Assembly: GCA_045636685.1 (NCBI GenBank)
Contig: JAZTXZ010000085.1
Span: 1 to 53,856, forward strand
DNA length: 53,856 nt
Direction of reading: 5' to 3'
Source of the DNA: Candidatus Avispirillum sp.
GTDB taxonomy: Bacteria; Bacillota; Clostridia; Oscillospirales; CAG-272
Each line of letters opens with the position of its first letter. Positions within the stretch are counted from its first letter, which is position 1. The notes under the pieces are model-generated. The model did no database searches and was not told where the DNA came from. It worked only from the letters and a program-made list of their open reading frames with translations. The position numbers and the translations under genes are program-made. Below are positions 27,395 to 38,800 of the stretch, in pieces.

Positions 27395-29293
27395 TTATCC
27401 TATTATAAAATCTATATTTCGGTCGAGTATCTTGATTTTTCTGCCGCCAAAGAAATATAAAACACTCTCTTCTCCCTCAGAGACTGTGAAGGAAACGCCG
27501 TGACCGCACTCTGTAAGGCTTTCTGCATTGACCTTATATGCCACGGGCTTTATTTCCCCGTCCTTCAGCATCATAAGAGTTCCGCTTCCTTCTCGCCAGT
27601 TGTAGTCACATATCCAATAAAGAGTATCATCAATTTCAAAAACATTTTCAGTACGTACTGCCTCATCGATTAGCTTATCTCCCACGTACATATCGCCTGA
27701 TTTATTATGGCTTCCGTAATTTTTGAAATACAATAGCTCACCGTTTTCAAGTACTCTCGTATTTATATTATAGACCTTTTCATAAACAAGCTCAGGCTCA
27801 GACATCACTCCGTCTTTCAACGTTGATTTATAAACGCTGTCATACGTTGTCTGAGTTCCCGACATAAAGTAAAAGGTATCTTCCGTGCTGTTTGAATATA
27901 CGTCCGTGAAGCTTATTTCATCGCATTTCACCGTATTCCCTTTATAGGCTATTATACTCTCCCGCTCCCCCATCAGCGCATCACGTTGATATTCCCACAT
28001 ATATTCGCTGAAGTTGTTATAATATAAAAGATCAGTAAAATATACCTTCTCTTTATTCTTTTGGAAAGCTCTGTTATAAAAAATGAGGGGAGTATCATCC
28101 TTTATATCTACTCTCGAGGAAATAACATCTACATATCCCCACTGAGAAGTGCTTATACCCGGCTCTGAAAGCTGTATCTCCTTTTCTCCATCATAATAAT
28201 ACACAGTTATTTTATAGAAATAATTGCCGGGATCTCCAGAAAGCCAATATCTGATCCGTGCCTCCTCAGTGCTTTGGGCACTGGGCTTTGAAGTACAATC
28301 GTCCTCTATGAAATCTATACATGGAGCAAAGAACTTTTCGTATCTTGAATAGTATATCTCCCCCGTATCGTAGACGGAATAGATATATCCTACGCCGTCT
28401 GCCACCTTTGTTTCCCCCTCCTTCGGAGAAACAAAGTAAAGCTCGCCGCTCTCATTCACGTATGCCATAGAGCCGAGAGTGTAGGACATTACCAGTGAAG
28501 GCACAGCGCTGTAAAAATCGTCATACTTCCATCCGATATCATATACGCTGTCCGTGTTTCCGAATAATATCTTCTCGTCCTCGGTGAAAACCATAAAGTT
28601 GCCGTTTTCTTCGTTCACGTTAAGGGTTTGTATATTTCCGCAAAGCTTTTTCTTGCTGTCTTCAGTTACGGAATATGAATAAAGCGAACTTCCTTCCCGA
28701 TAAAAGATATTACCCGTTTCAGCAATATAATAAAAGTCGAAAGCCTCTTCGCAGACTGTTCTTTTATTTCCGGAAAGATCGGACAATTTTATTTTGTATT
28801 TAAGCGAATATGTAATCACGTCATAATACGTAGAAGAACTGTATACGTCGGTATCAAGAATATCGGACATTTCATTGATAATTTCAAAATCCGTGGGGTA
28901 TATGATTATCTCTCTTTCTCTGTCAAAGAAAACATCTCTCTTGAATTTATTTTTAGCACCATCAAGAGTATCCTCAAAAAGGCCCTTGAAAATATCTTTT
29001 TCAATTACTGTAGGCTCATCTCCTGCGGTACATATATACAGATCGCCATCCTTCATGACCAGTGACTGCTCCGATGATGAAAGATTCATAAGTATAATAA
29101 CAACAGACACCACCAGCACAAGTGCAACAGCAAGTGCTGACAGAGTGATAACCACCGCTTTTTTCGGTATGTTTATGAGAGATATATTGGAGACTCGGGC
29201 TCTTGCATTTGTCTCTACAATATCACCGCCGCAAAGAGGGCATTTATCATGTTCTTTTTTACATTCTATATTGCATTTAGGGCAAAGACGCAT
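27395..29293 (-). CDS. membrane-anchored protein: cytoplasmic zinc ribbon, TM, large beta-rich (propeller-like) extracellular domain
   Basis: CPKC...CPLCG, hydrophobic helix, repeated short LYY/IYY beta motifs; AAGGAGG RBS before ATG 29293. Confidence 0.7.
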   Translation of the reverse strand: MRLCPKCNIECKKEHDKCPLCGGDIVETNARARVSNISLINIPKKAVVITLSALAVALVLVVSVVIILMNLSSSEQSLVMKDGDLYICTAGDEPTVIEKDIFKGLFEDTLDGAKNKFKRDVFFDREREIIIYPTDFEIINEMSDILDTDVYSSSTYYDVITYSLKYKIKLSDLSGNKRTVCEEAFDFYYIAETGNIFYREGSSLYSYSVTEDSKKKLCGNIQTLNVNEENGNFMVFTEDEKILFGNTDSVYDIGWKYDDFYSAVPSLVMSYTLGSMAYVNESGELYFVSPKEGETKVADGVGYIYSVYDTGEIYYSRYEKFFAPCIDFIEDDCTSKPSAQSTEEARIRYWLSGDPGNYFYKITVYYYDGEKEIQLSEPGISTSQWGYVDVISSRVDIKDDTPLIFYNRAFQKNKEKVYFTDLLYYNNFSEYMWEYQRDALMGERESIIAYKGNTVKCDEISFTDVYSNSTEDTFYFMSGTQTTYDSVYKSTLKDGVMSEPELVYEKVYNINTRVLENGELLYFKNYGSHNKSGDMYVGDKLIDEAVRTENVFEIDDTLYWICDYNWREGSGTLMMLKDGEIKPVAYKVNAESLTECGHGVSFTVSEGEESVLYFFGGRKIKILDRNIDFIIG

Positions 29294-29523
29294 ATGGGCC
29301 TCCTTTCTCAGAATCCTTTCCAAACTCTTTTGAAAAACTTCCGAAATTCCGGTAGTATATCCATTCGAAAATCCGGGACTTTTTATCACAAGTACTGCAG
29401 ACAGACGCGACAAAGAGCTTAGCCGCAGATTGTCTCCAGAATTTTAGTCATTTGTAGTTAATGCTGGATTTTTGCACGTTTTATGCGTTTGTATAAAACG
29501 TGCATCCCTTGATGCACAAGGGT

Positions 29524-30375
29524 TTATTGATAACATATGACCCTCACTGCCTTTACATCGAACCACTCATCGTCAGGGGTTGGGGGATACAATGACGGAA
29601 AATCTGCACACATTCTATACTTCAAAAGCTTTCCTTCAATGTCGGACACAAATTCATATGCAGTATGATGCACTTTTTTCGCTCCCCGGGCGAGCAACGA
29701 CGGCATCCGCACTTCGATAATATCACATTCAAGGAGAAATCCCTCTGGACTGTAAGAAAAGAGCTCATTATAAATCTCTCCGAATCCGTGATCATCATAA
29801 GAATCGTAACCTATGGTAAACTCTCTGATCCTTCCGTTTTCAAACACCTCTTCGCAAAGGGTAACAAGAGTTCCTTTCTCATCATAACTAAGTCCATAAC
29901 GCTTTTCACCGATCTCTGTGAAGTATTCAAAAAAGTCTCCTACGTCAGTATGAGTTATGGCAACTTTCATTTTTCCATCGGCGCCGTAACCGTATTCATA
30001 TGTTATTTTGCTCTTTGAAGACTTTCTTTTAAGAAGCTTTCCCCTTTTATTGTTGCCAACAACTATATCGGCACAAAGCGTCGGGTTATAATAACCTCGG
30101 TGAAGAACTTCTCCGCCGGTTGCCTGTTCCCATTTTACGATTTTTTCAATGCTGCCACGAAGCTTTTCAAACTGACCTATATATTCTGTTCTCATTTTCT
30201 CGAGGCGAAGGTGCGCATTTTCGATGGCAAAATATCTGTTCCTTGCTCTTTCGTTTTTTGAGAGATATTCTTCGCTGCTTTCTTCGTCCTTATTAATGAT
30301 ACCAAACATTGAAAGATCACCGCCCGTACCGCCTAAAAAGCCCGAAAAAAGATCCTTAATATCAAATCCGTCCAT
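29524..30375 (-). CDS. hypothetical protein
   Basis: 283-aa ORF with GAGGG RBS; no motif recognised. Confidence 0.65.
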   Translation of the reverse strand: MDGFDIKDLFSGFLGGTGGDLSMFGIINKDEESSEEYLSKNERARNRYFAIENAHLRLEKMRTEYIGQFEKLRGSIEKIVKWEQATGGEVLHRGYYNPTLCADIVVGNNKRGKLLKRKSSKSKITYEYGYGADGKMKVAITHTDVGDFFEYFTEIGEKRYGLSYDEKGTLVTLCEEVFENGRIREFTIGYDSYDDHGFGEIYNELFSYSPEGFLLECDIIEVRMPSLLARGAKKVHHTAYEFVSDIEGKLLKYRMCADFPSLYPPTPDDEWFDVKAVRVICYQ

Positions 30376-30527
30376 TTTCCCTCTGACCTTTACATTTTGT
30401 ATACATCAAGTATATCCTCATTTTCGTCCCTTGTCAACAAAAGTATTTTGATAATCCATTTGCTTTTCTTATTAAACAAGGGGCTGTTGCAACCGCACCA
30501 GCCCCTTATCAAGTATTTATTTATATG

Positions 30528-30854
30528 TCATTCCCAGTTTGAGTTATAGATATGAAGTCTTATTCCATCTTCGTCATATACCATATATGTTGAGCCAACG
30601 CCTTTGATTTCAACAAAAAGCTTTTTATCTACACCGAGCTCTTCATTTTTTACATGATATTCCGTTTTTTCGCCGTCCTCTGTCTTGCCTATATACTCAA
30701 TGCTGTTACGTGTCATATCAATGTCCATTCTCTCCACGTAATAATGCATTATTGCATCCACCTCATTTGCATCCTTTTTGGAGCAGCCTGCAAAAAGTGC
30801 GCAAAGTACAAATGCCGAGCAAACAGCAAGGACTATACTGATAATTCTTTTCAT
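30528..30854 (-). CDS. putative lipoprotein
   Basis: signal peptide with LFAGC lipobox. Confidence 0.75.
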   Translation of the reverse strand: MKRIISIVLAVCSAFVLCALFAGCSKKDANEVDAIMHYYVERMDIDMTRNSIEYIGKTEDGEKTEYHVKNEELGVDKKLFVEIKGVGSTYMVYDEDGIRLHIYNSNWE

Positions 30855-30937
30855 TTTAACACTCCGTTTGTTTTATTTTTACGAACAACAATAGTATAAA
30901 TCAATGAACTGAAATTGTCAAGCTTGAAACTGACCGA

Positions 30938-32176
30938 CTATTGCTTACTACTTTTCCTGCGATGCATGAACAGATAAAGAGGTATTGCTGCAAGAGGGAA
31001 AAGCATTCCCACAAGCAGACCCGCCTTCATTCCCAGCTGTTCCGTAGTGAGCCCTATGGAAGACGCAATACTTACCACATCATCAGACTCCATAACAAAA
31101 TCCGTTATTACACCAACAAGCTGAGGGCCGACGGAAGCACCCAGATCTCCTCCTGCCGCCATCATAGCAAATATAAATACTCCGCCCGCAGGAAATCTAT
31201 CGGTTGCAACCACCAGGTTTCCCGGCCAGAGCATTGAAACGCAAAAGCCGCAAAGCCCGCAGGCAACAAGGCCCACTGCCGCAATATTGAAGACGGATGC
31301 AGTAAGATAGCATAAAGTTGCTCCCACAGCACCGAAAACGAGAACTCTGCCCATATTCTTTCCGATTTTTGAATACAAAGTTCTGCCAAGTCCAAGCATC
31401 GCCGCAAAGAACGTGACTCCAAGAATATCTCCCCAGACCTTCTCAATTCCAAGGGCGGCTTCAAGATAGCCTGAGCTCCACTGAGCCATTGTACACTCAG
31501 CGGCGCCTCCGAGAAATATGGCAAAAACGCAGGCCCACAGTCTTTTGTCTTTAAGATATGCTAAAGCCCCCGAAGTCTTTTCTTCTGTGCGAAGTGTTGG
31601 TATTTCGCTTGATGCAAAAAGAAAAGCTGAAACAAGCGGTATCAGCGCAAAGAGTGCTGCAAGTATCTGCCACCTTTCTTTACCAAACAAAAGCAGGAAC
31701 ACAGTTGCAACAGGGATAACACCTACAACTCCCCATGCGTATATCGAGTGGAGCTTGCTCATCTCTCGGTCCGGATCCGGTGACGGAAGGGCCGCGATCA
31801 CAGGGCTTATCAGTACCTCCCCAAGACCTGCCGCCGCTGAGAATATAACCGTTCCGATCACAAGTCCTGCATATACAGCCCTCGGAAACAGTATGGGACT
31901 CACCGCATAAAAGGCAAGCCCCACAACTGTCAACACCGGCATCAGCTTTACTGTTTTCGTTATATTGAATTTATGAGAAAAAAAGGAAAATATAAGATCA
32001 ACTATAAGCTGAGTTACGAAATTGACAAGGACTAACAGTCCCAGCTTAGAATATGATATCCCGTAAAGCTCTCTGAAGGTCAAAAACAAAAGAGGCGGAA
32101 GATTTCCAACTATAGACATTGAAATATTGGAAAAATAGCAGGCAAGCTTCAGCATTCTCATCTTATTTCTTGTCAT
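30938..32176 (-). CDS. MFS transporter
   Basis: ~12 hydrophobic helices with MFS-like spacing; ATGA coupling to the upstream phosphodiesterase gene. Confidence 0.85.
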   Translation of the reverse strand: MTRNKMRMLKLACYFSNISMSIVGNLPPLLFLTFRELYGISYSKLGLLVLVNFVTQLIVDLIFSFFSHKFNITKTVKLMPVLTVVGLAFYAVSPILFPRAVYAGLVIGTVIFSAAAGLGEVLISPVIAALPSPDPDREMSKLHSIYAWGVVGVIPVATVFLLLFGKERWQILAALFALIPLVSAFLFASSEIPTLRTEEKTSGALAYLKDKRLWACVFAIFLGGAAECTMAQWSSGYLEAALGIEKVWGDILGVTFFAAMLGLGRTLYSKIGKNMGRVLVFGAVGATLCYLTASVFNIAAVGLVACGLCGFCVSMLWPGNLVVATDRFPAGGVFIFAMMAAGGDLGASVGPQLVGVITDFVMESDDVVSIASSIGLTTEQLGMKAGLLVGMLFPLAAIPLYLFMHRRKSSKQ

Positions 32177-32946
32177 ACAAGAGACTTTCCTTCCCAATCG
32201 CGTACAATGGGAACTCCCATTACGGTTGCAACGGTGGGAGCAATATCAAGAAGACCGATATCTGATATCTCTTTACCCTTTTCAAAGCTATCACCCACAA
32301 ACATCATGGGAATAATCATATCCTCGGGAATATCTGCTCCGTGTCCTCTTGCGTGTCCGCCATGGTCTGCAGTAATAATAACAGTGTATCTGTCGCCTGC
32401 CGCTTCGATTACCCTTTTCACATTATCAATAGCGACACTGATATATTCAAGATACGTATCTGTCATCCATCCGACATCGTGACCGCCCTTGCTGTCTGTC
32501 TCAACCATATAGAGAAACACAAAGTCCGGATCTTTCTCATTTATATAGGAAAGCGCTCTGTCTGTAAGGACTGTATCGCTTGAAGGCTCAGAGTATGACT
32601 CTATATATTCTGCTCTGTCAAGGCTTCCCGGGCGTGATAAATCTCTCAGTTCCTCCCAACCGTAAAACATTCCGCAAACAGCTCCCGCGCCTTTCAAAGC
32701 TTCAAAAAGACCTGTTACAGGTCTCACGGGAGGAGTGTATGTATTTGAAAGTATTCCGTGTCTCTCGGGGGGGACGGAAAGGAACAATGACATATGGCAC
32801 GGAAGCGTTACTGAGGGATAGCAGGCGCTTGCGTTCATAGAATATGTTGACATTTTCAAAAGTTCTTCAACATATGTGTTACCGCAAGAGAGAAGGCCAT
32901 CCGGTCTCATTCCGTCTATTGATATCAAAATAACTTTATTTTTCAT
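32173..32946 (-). CDS. alkaline phosphatase superfamily / type I phosphodiesterase-nucleotide pyrophosphatase
   Basis: ISIDGMRPD, PSVTLPCH (Thr nucleophile), D..GGH, ITADHGG; no signal peptide. Confidence 0.85.
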   Translation of the reverse strand: MKNKVILISIDGMRPDGLLSCGNTYVEELLKMSTYSMNASACYPSVTLPCHMSLFLSVPPERHGILSNTYTPPVRPVTGLFEALKGAGAVCGMFYGWEELRDLSRPGSLDRAEYIESYSEPSSDTVLTDRALSYINEKDPDFVFLYMVETDSKGGHDVGWMTDTYLEYISVAIDNVKRVIEAAGDRYTVIITADHGGHARGHGADIPEDMIIPMMFVGDSFEKGKEISDIGLLDIAPTVATVMGVPIVRDWEGKSLV

Positions 32947-33223
32947 TACGTTTACCGCCTATGTGTTATTATCTTTCTTATACCATACTTGAAAGAAAAA
33001 ATCAACACTAAAAACATATGAGACCTATATTTATTGATCTGGATGTTCTTATGTGACACACTCTCCTTAAAATATCCTGTCTGAAAAGAACATATAAAAT
33101 CCCGTCATCCATATCAGCTTTTTCATTCATACTGAATACGAGATCTGTTATATGACTCTTGCCGTTCTTTTTAATATTTGTCGTACAGTAAACGAAAAAA
33201 TAAAGATTCCTATTGAACATATC

Positions 33224-33256
33224 AAAAGGCTGTCGCAAATAATGCGACAGCCTTTT
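33224..33256. terminator. terminator closing the sigma-CARF-channel-protease operon
   Basis: AAAAGGCTGTCGCA-N5-TGCGACAGCCTTTT directly after the solo RyR stop codon. Confidence 0.8.
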
Positions 33257-33538
33257 TTATTTCTTCTCGATCTTATAACCAAGTGCTACAATAAGCTTCA
33301 ATGTCTCCATTGCTGTATTGCGGTCATATTCTTTTTCAGAATCCGAAAGCTCTCCGTAAGGAACGAGGCACGGTGTTGTCTTTTTTATATCGTCTCGAAC
33401 CTCTCCGTAAGTCCAGCCCTCCTTTATTCTTCCTGCTGCCCAGTTTTCATGAACATTCTCCGCTATCTTTTCTGTCAGCAAAAGAAGCTCCTCGGGAAGC
33501 TTTACTCCTGCAGTATCCACAGGCTCAGGTCTATACAT
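33257..33538 (-). CDS. solo RyR (ryanodine receptor repeat) domain protein
   Basis: YRPEPVDT...LPEEL..L.EKIAENVHENWA..RIKEGWTYG..RDD.KKT.PCLVPY.EL..EKEYDR; start at 33538 with AAAGGAA RBS. Confidence 0.9.
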   Translation of the reverse strand: MYRPEPVDTAGVKLPEELLLLTEKIAENVHENWAAGRIKEGWTYGEVRDDIKKTTPCLVPYGELSDSEKEYDRNTAMETLKLIVALGYKIEKK

Positions 33539-33596
33539 ATTATCATTCCTTTCTTTATTTGATCTCACAGCTACAGTATATGATGCAATATCTAAA

Positions 33597-35804
33597 TTAA
33601 TCCTTATACTTTTCAAGAAATTCAAGCTTATCCCACGACTTTATATCACAGTGACGCTTTGCTCGGTCGCATCTTGTATCTCCGTATTTATAGCCGATGG
33701 TACGCATATATGCATTCCAGCGCATATGCTCCGTCTCTCTTCTTATATTGCAATTTTCACAGTCGCAGACATGACTTTTTTTAATTGCCAGGCAAGGATA
33801 CTTTGCTTCCATGCGCTCCTTATGTACTGCTCTGGCAATTGAGGAAAATCTGAAATACTCATATTCCATATACTTTTCGATCTCTTTGACTATTCTCTCA
33901 AGCACCTGATCTTTATCAAATTTATCAAAATCAACATACTCGTCCTGGGGCTTACGCTTTTTAAGAGATTCTAACTGATCCTTATTACAATTTCTGTACA
34001 TTTCTTTAAGAATATACCAATCTGCATCTCCCCAGTAGGGAACCTTTCCGTCGTAGTTCTCAAGGACCAATGTTCTGAAACTCTTATCATCCATATAACA
34101 ATGTCTCAGCTGACGCTGCTTTGCTACCCATTCCACATGCTGAGCAAAGGCGCTCTTTTCGATCTCCAGCTCGTCCTTTATAACTTTATATGAATACTGG
34201 GCCGAAATATTGCCTATAAATCTCACGTTATAGGGCTGATTACGATAATTTTTAAGATTAGATCCGGCATTACCGACAGCACCAAGGTTCTTAGCTTTTT
34301 TCTCGTCAAACACCACCGCGCATATCATGGGAGCATCATCAATAGTGCTTCCCTTTGCATCATCAGCGCTGACATTATGGATATTATCAAATATCCTTCT
34401 CAGATTCATCGCAACCTCGATGTTTTTATCGTCATCACCGAGAGTTACAAAGGCAAGCTGGGTTTCGGCAAGTCTTTTACCGCTTTCACCTTCCCTGAAT
34501 GCTTTTTCAAACTCTTCGGAGTAGCAGTCTATTCCCGTATAAAACCTTATACTGTATTTCGAATCTCCGTCGATAGTCCTGTCGTTGTTCTCTATGATAT
34601 CGGGGCACTGCATATAAAGCTCGCCCTTTGCACGATCTCCCTCAGAATTATCGAATACGTTTACCTGAAGCTCATAGCCTTTTTCCTGGAAAAACCAGAG
34701 AGACGTTTTCAAAAACTCCTTTCCGTATTCGCCGAGGCCGATTATCATAATGGAAATCTTTTTCGTCTGCTTTGCCATTCTTTCGATCGGTCCGAGTATA
34801 TACGTCTGATCACGGAGAGTTTTCTGAACAAGAAGATTATAGCTGTTGAACCGCTTTACCCTGAAGCCCTTATCAAGATCAACTATTTCATGAAGCCCCT
34901 TTTCCAGATCAAAAATCATTCCGGGAGAATCTGTTATTTTCTTTTTGGTTCTCTTATTAAATCTAAAGGGATTCTTGCCGAACGAGTCCATAACGTAGGC
35001 TGCGCCGGGACTGCCTGCAAAAACATACAGACTAATGTTTCTCTTTTTTGTATATATTTCTTTGATGGCAATTGCCTGAGAAAGATTTTCCGATTCGTCG
35101 TCTCCCATAAGGAATATCTCCATCCTTCTGAATTTTCCCTTCAGATTCAGATGCGCTACATCCTTTTTAAGACAAACCGCTCTAATATTATAAGCACGAA
35201 GTATGAGCTCATAATTTTCTTCCTCGTTCTTTTTAAAAACATCGGTGAATACTATCAGCGGCTTGATTTTTCTTTCTTTTTTGTATTCATCGACTACGCT
35301 TTCAGCCAGAGCCATGGAGCGCTCATTAAGACAGGACATTATACATATCTTTCTGAAGATGCAAGAGGAAAAGCGAATCTCATCTCTCAGATTTCTGAAC
35401 AGCGCAAGTACGTTTGTAAAGGTCAGGATAGGGGCTGCCACATATATCGCACATACAGAAAAGAGATATGTAACATATAGCCATTCTGCCTTAATACAAG
35501 CAGAGCAAGCTTCCTTTACAAGTTCATAATTCGTATCGAGAATAAATATTCTCAATGCATTATGAAATGCAAGAAGGCAAGGGCGCACATAGTAATTATC
35601 ATCAATATATTCGTTATGATACAAATATACCGGTATCAGCAAACATACAGCAGATATAAAAATACCAACTGTCAATATCTGAACATATGTAAATACCTTA
35701 TGCGCACGTTTTTTGTTCTTGCTTCTGATTATCGCCCACACTGAAAAAAATATTGCGAAAAAAACAGCAATACAAAAGCACAGGTAAAATACCTTTTGTT
35801 CCAT
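33597..35804 (-). CDS. channel-like membrane protein: TM module, tandem RCK/TrkA-N-like domains, C-terminal RyR domain
   Basis: 3 TM helices with an intervening LAFHNALRIF helix, IIGLGEYG Rossmann motif, VTLGDDDKNI, EHMRWNAYMRTIGY.YG..R...AKRH.DI..W. Confidence 0.75.
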   Translation of the reverse strand: MEQKVFYLCFCIAVFFAIFFSVWAIIRSKNKKRAHKVFTYVQILTVGIFISAVCLLIPVYLYHNEYIDDNYYVRPCLLAFHNALRIFILDTNYELVKEACSACIKAEWLYVTYLFSVCAIYVAAPILTFTNVLALFRNLRDEIRFSSCIFRKICIMSCLNERSMALAESVVDEYKKERKIKPLIVFTDVFKKNEEENYELILRAYNIRAVCLKKDVAHLNLKGKFRRMEIFLMGDDESENLSQAIAIKEIYTKKRNISLYVFAGSPGAAYVMDSFGKNPFRFNKRTKKKITDSPGMIFDLEKGLHEIVDLDKGFRVKRFNSYNLLVQKTLRDQTYILGPIERMAKQTKKISIMIIGLGEYGKEFLKTSLWFFQEKGYELQVNVFDNSEGDRAKGELYMQCPDIIENNDRTIDGDSKYSIRFYTGIDCYSEEFEKAFREGESGKRLAETQLAFVTLGDDDKNIEVAMNLRRIFDNIHNVSADDAKGSTIDDAPMICAVVFDEKKAKNLGAVGNAGSNLKNYRNQPYNVRFIGNISAQYSYKVIKDELEIEKSAFAQHVEWVAKQRQLRHCYMDDKSFRTLVLENYDGKVPYWGDADWYILKEMYRNCNKDQLESLKKRKPQDEYVDFDKFDKDQVLERIVKEIEKYMEYEYFRFSSIARAVHKERMEAKYPCLAIKKSHVCDCENCNIRRETEHMRWNAYMRTIGYKYGDTRCDRAKRHCDIKSWDKLEFLEKYKD

Positions 35805-35889
35805 AACACTCTCCAATCAGCCGACAACACATCGGCAATAACATCAGGCTCATATCTGTATGATAAAAGCACCTTCATAGGGTATCTTC

Positions 35890-38800
35890 TTACAGAACAA
35901 CCTCACTTATCTCTTTTCTGGTAAGATGGGTTTTCTTTATGAGCAGTTCGGCAAGCCTGTCCAGCTTTTCTTCATTGCTTCTGATTTCGGAAACCGCAAG
36001 AGAAAGTTGCTCTGACAGTATTTTATTAACTGCCGCTCTTACTTCTTTATCTTCCCTGGCAGTATCACCAAGAACACAAAGTCCGATACTTGGGTCCATT
36101 CCGAAATAGCATATCATTTTGTATGCAAGATCCGTAGCTTCCAGAAGGTCTCCCGATGCACCTGTCGATAAACCTTCGCTATCTCCGTAACAGACTATTT
36201 CAGCGGCTCTTCCTCCAAGGGCAGTTCTTATGCGGGAAAGCAGCTCATTTTTTGTATAAAGTCCCTTTCCCTCTCGATCACCATACTGCATATATCCCCC
36301 ATTATCCCCTCTTGCAACGATAGTTATGTATGAGGGTATCTCACCTGAAAGGGTGCATATGAGTCCGTGTCCCGCTTCGTGTCTTGCTATTCTGAGCAGC
36401 TGATCATCGTCTGTCTTTTTTTCGTCTCCGCCGAAAAACGTCTCGTATGCTTCATCGAATATAGACTCTGTTACCTTATCTTCATTATACCTCACAGATA
36501 TCCTTGCCGCAAGCTCAAATATTGAGCTGAGCTCTGCAAGGCTTCTTCCGGTAGAACGAACGGCAATATTTTCTACATACTCATCAGACAGCTCGTAGCA
36601 AACTCTCATGCCAAGCTTCTTTTTTATAAATTTTATCCTATCGTCCTTGGAGGGCAGATCTATCTTGATCCTTCTGTCAAACCTTCGCAAGAACGCACGG
36701 TCGAGGCATCTGGGGCTATCGGGATCAGCACTGAAGTTTGTTGCCGCAAGGACAAAAACAGGACGCGACGCATCTTTTTTAAAGCCATCCATTTCAGTAA
36801 GTAAAGCCGTCAGAATGCTGTCGTTACTGTTTTGAGACTCACCTGATCCGCGCTCCTTCGCAATTGCATCAATTTCATCTATAAAAAGCACTGAAGGCGC
36901 ATATTTTCTTGCAGTTCTGAAAAGTTCATGAACAGCTTCGGCGCCTTCGCCGGAGTACTTTTTAAGAAACTGATTACCCTCCGCCGCAATAAATGTTGCA
37001 TCAGATTCACCTGCCAGCGCCTTTGCAAGCATTGTTTTACCGGTTCCGGGAGGTCCGTAAAGGAGAACTCCTCTTGGATTTTCAAGTCCTTTTTTTCTGT
37101 ATTTCTTAGGATCCTTCAGGAATGATTCGAAGTGACGAAGCTCGTCCTTCGCATCCTCACCTCCTATAATATCATCAAATACAGTATCAGGCTTTGATAC
37201 ACCGCTGAGAACATTTCCGATATCCTCTGCATCCACGGCAGTCTCAAGCTTGAAATCAAAAAGGCTGATCTCTGCACTCATTTTATCATCGTTCAGCTTT
37301 TGGGATGTCTCATAGCTTACAAGCTTATTTGCTCTTGCAAGTCCCGTCATACTGCGTACAAAATGAATACCATCGCAAATTTTGCACACTTCATTGCAAA
37401 AACCGTCTTTTGATGAAGCAAGTGAGATCATATCAAATATGCCCTGCTTTGAAAAAGACCTGATCTCTTCCTCGGAATAAATATGTTCTTCTGTCTGCAA
37501 AAGGCATATCTGAACACGAGGATACTCCTCTTTAATATGCGAAAATATAACTCTTGCATCTGACTGTGCATCCTCTATATTAAGAAGAACATCAGTACTT
37601 CTTATGCCAAAGCTCATATCCAAAAGGACTGCCTTGATATCCCTCTCTTCAAAAATCGCGTCAGCCTCTTCAATGCTTTTTGCACCGAAAAAAGTATAAA
37701 GACTACCTTCAGCATTTTGTTTGCAAGCATCCAGAGTATTATTATCGGAAACAACAAGTATTTCCGATGTTTCTTTATTTCTGAAAAGTGAAACTATATT
37801 ATCATCATCGGGAAGCTCTGTTCCGATCTTTACCATCCTGATATCTTTTACTTTACTGCCTACACGCTCTGATGAAGCTAGGCTGTAAAGCTCATACAGC
37901 TCATCATCAATGAATGATCCAGCTCTTGCACTTACAGTTCTTGCATCGGTGCCAGCACCCTCCTCAAACAAAAGTGCTGTATAGACATCCTCTTCTATTT
38001 CCACCTTCACTCCGCTTGCCGCCTCAAAGCCCTCAGCTCTTTTTTGCATCTCCATTTTTGCGATCTTTCGCAGATCATTTGCGCTGATATGGTTAAACAT
38101 GACAACATTTTCCGACGCAAATCTTGAGCAAAGAGCACTTGGAAAGTAGGGAATATTTGTAACGGGATTGATATCCTTCTGAAGCGTCCTGAGTATGACC
38201 TTTCTTGATACCTGTGCAAGGTTTTCTGACTCTGCGCCTTCATAAAGCTGTTTTCCCGCATTTGTTGTAAATATGATCACCGTATTAAGAAAGGACACCT
38301 TATGATCGGTATAATTATCACGGAGATACCCTCCGTCAAGGATCTGCAAAAACAGATTAATAACTACCGGATGAGCCTTTTCCACTTCATCAAACAAAAG
38401 AACACTGCGGGGATTATCCTCAACAAAGCCTGTTACATTACCGCGACCGCCTCCCTTATACACTTTATCTGAGCCGCAGAATTCAAGATTGGATTCCTTA
38501 TCTGCATATTCGCTCATATCAAAGCGTTTAAACCTTATTTCATTTGCATAATCAAGAGAAGAAAGCACGTTCATAGCTTGGGCAGTCATTTCTGCAAGAT
38601 AAGTCTTTCCAACTCCGGGAGGGCCTGCAAAAAGGAAAACTGCACCGGGCTTTTTTCTCTTTTTTTCAGTAAGCTTTAAAACCTGTGAACGGTAATATCC
38701 CTCCGCCACGGTTCTTACAGCATTATCCTGACCTACAACTAATGAGGAAAGCATGTTCTGAAGGCTTTTTGTATCCTGCACAATGCTCTCAAGCGCGTTT

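Noticed and set aside
33008-33238. 76-aa ORF after the RyR gene as an eighth operon member
   Set aside because: Starts inside the terminator hairpin; no RBS or motif. At most a remnant.
34377-35480. 367-aa plus-strand ORF
   Set aside because: Antisense to the RCK-RyR gene, which is supported by a paralog in this window; no recognisable motifs.
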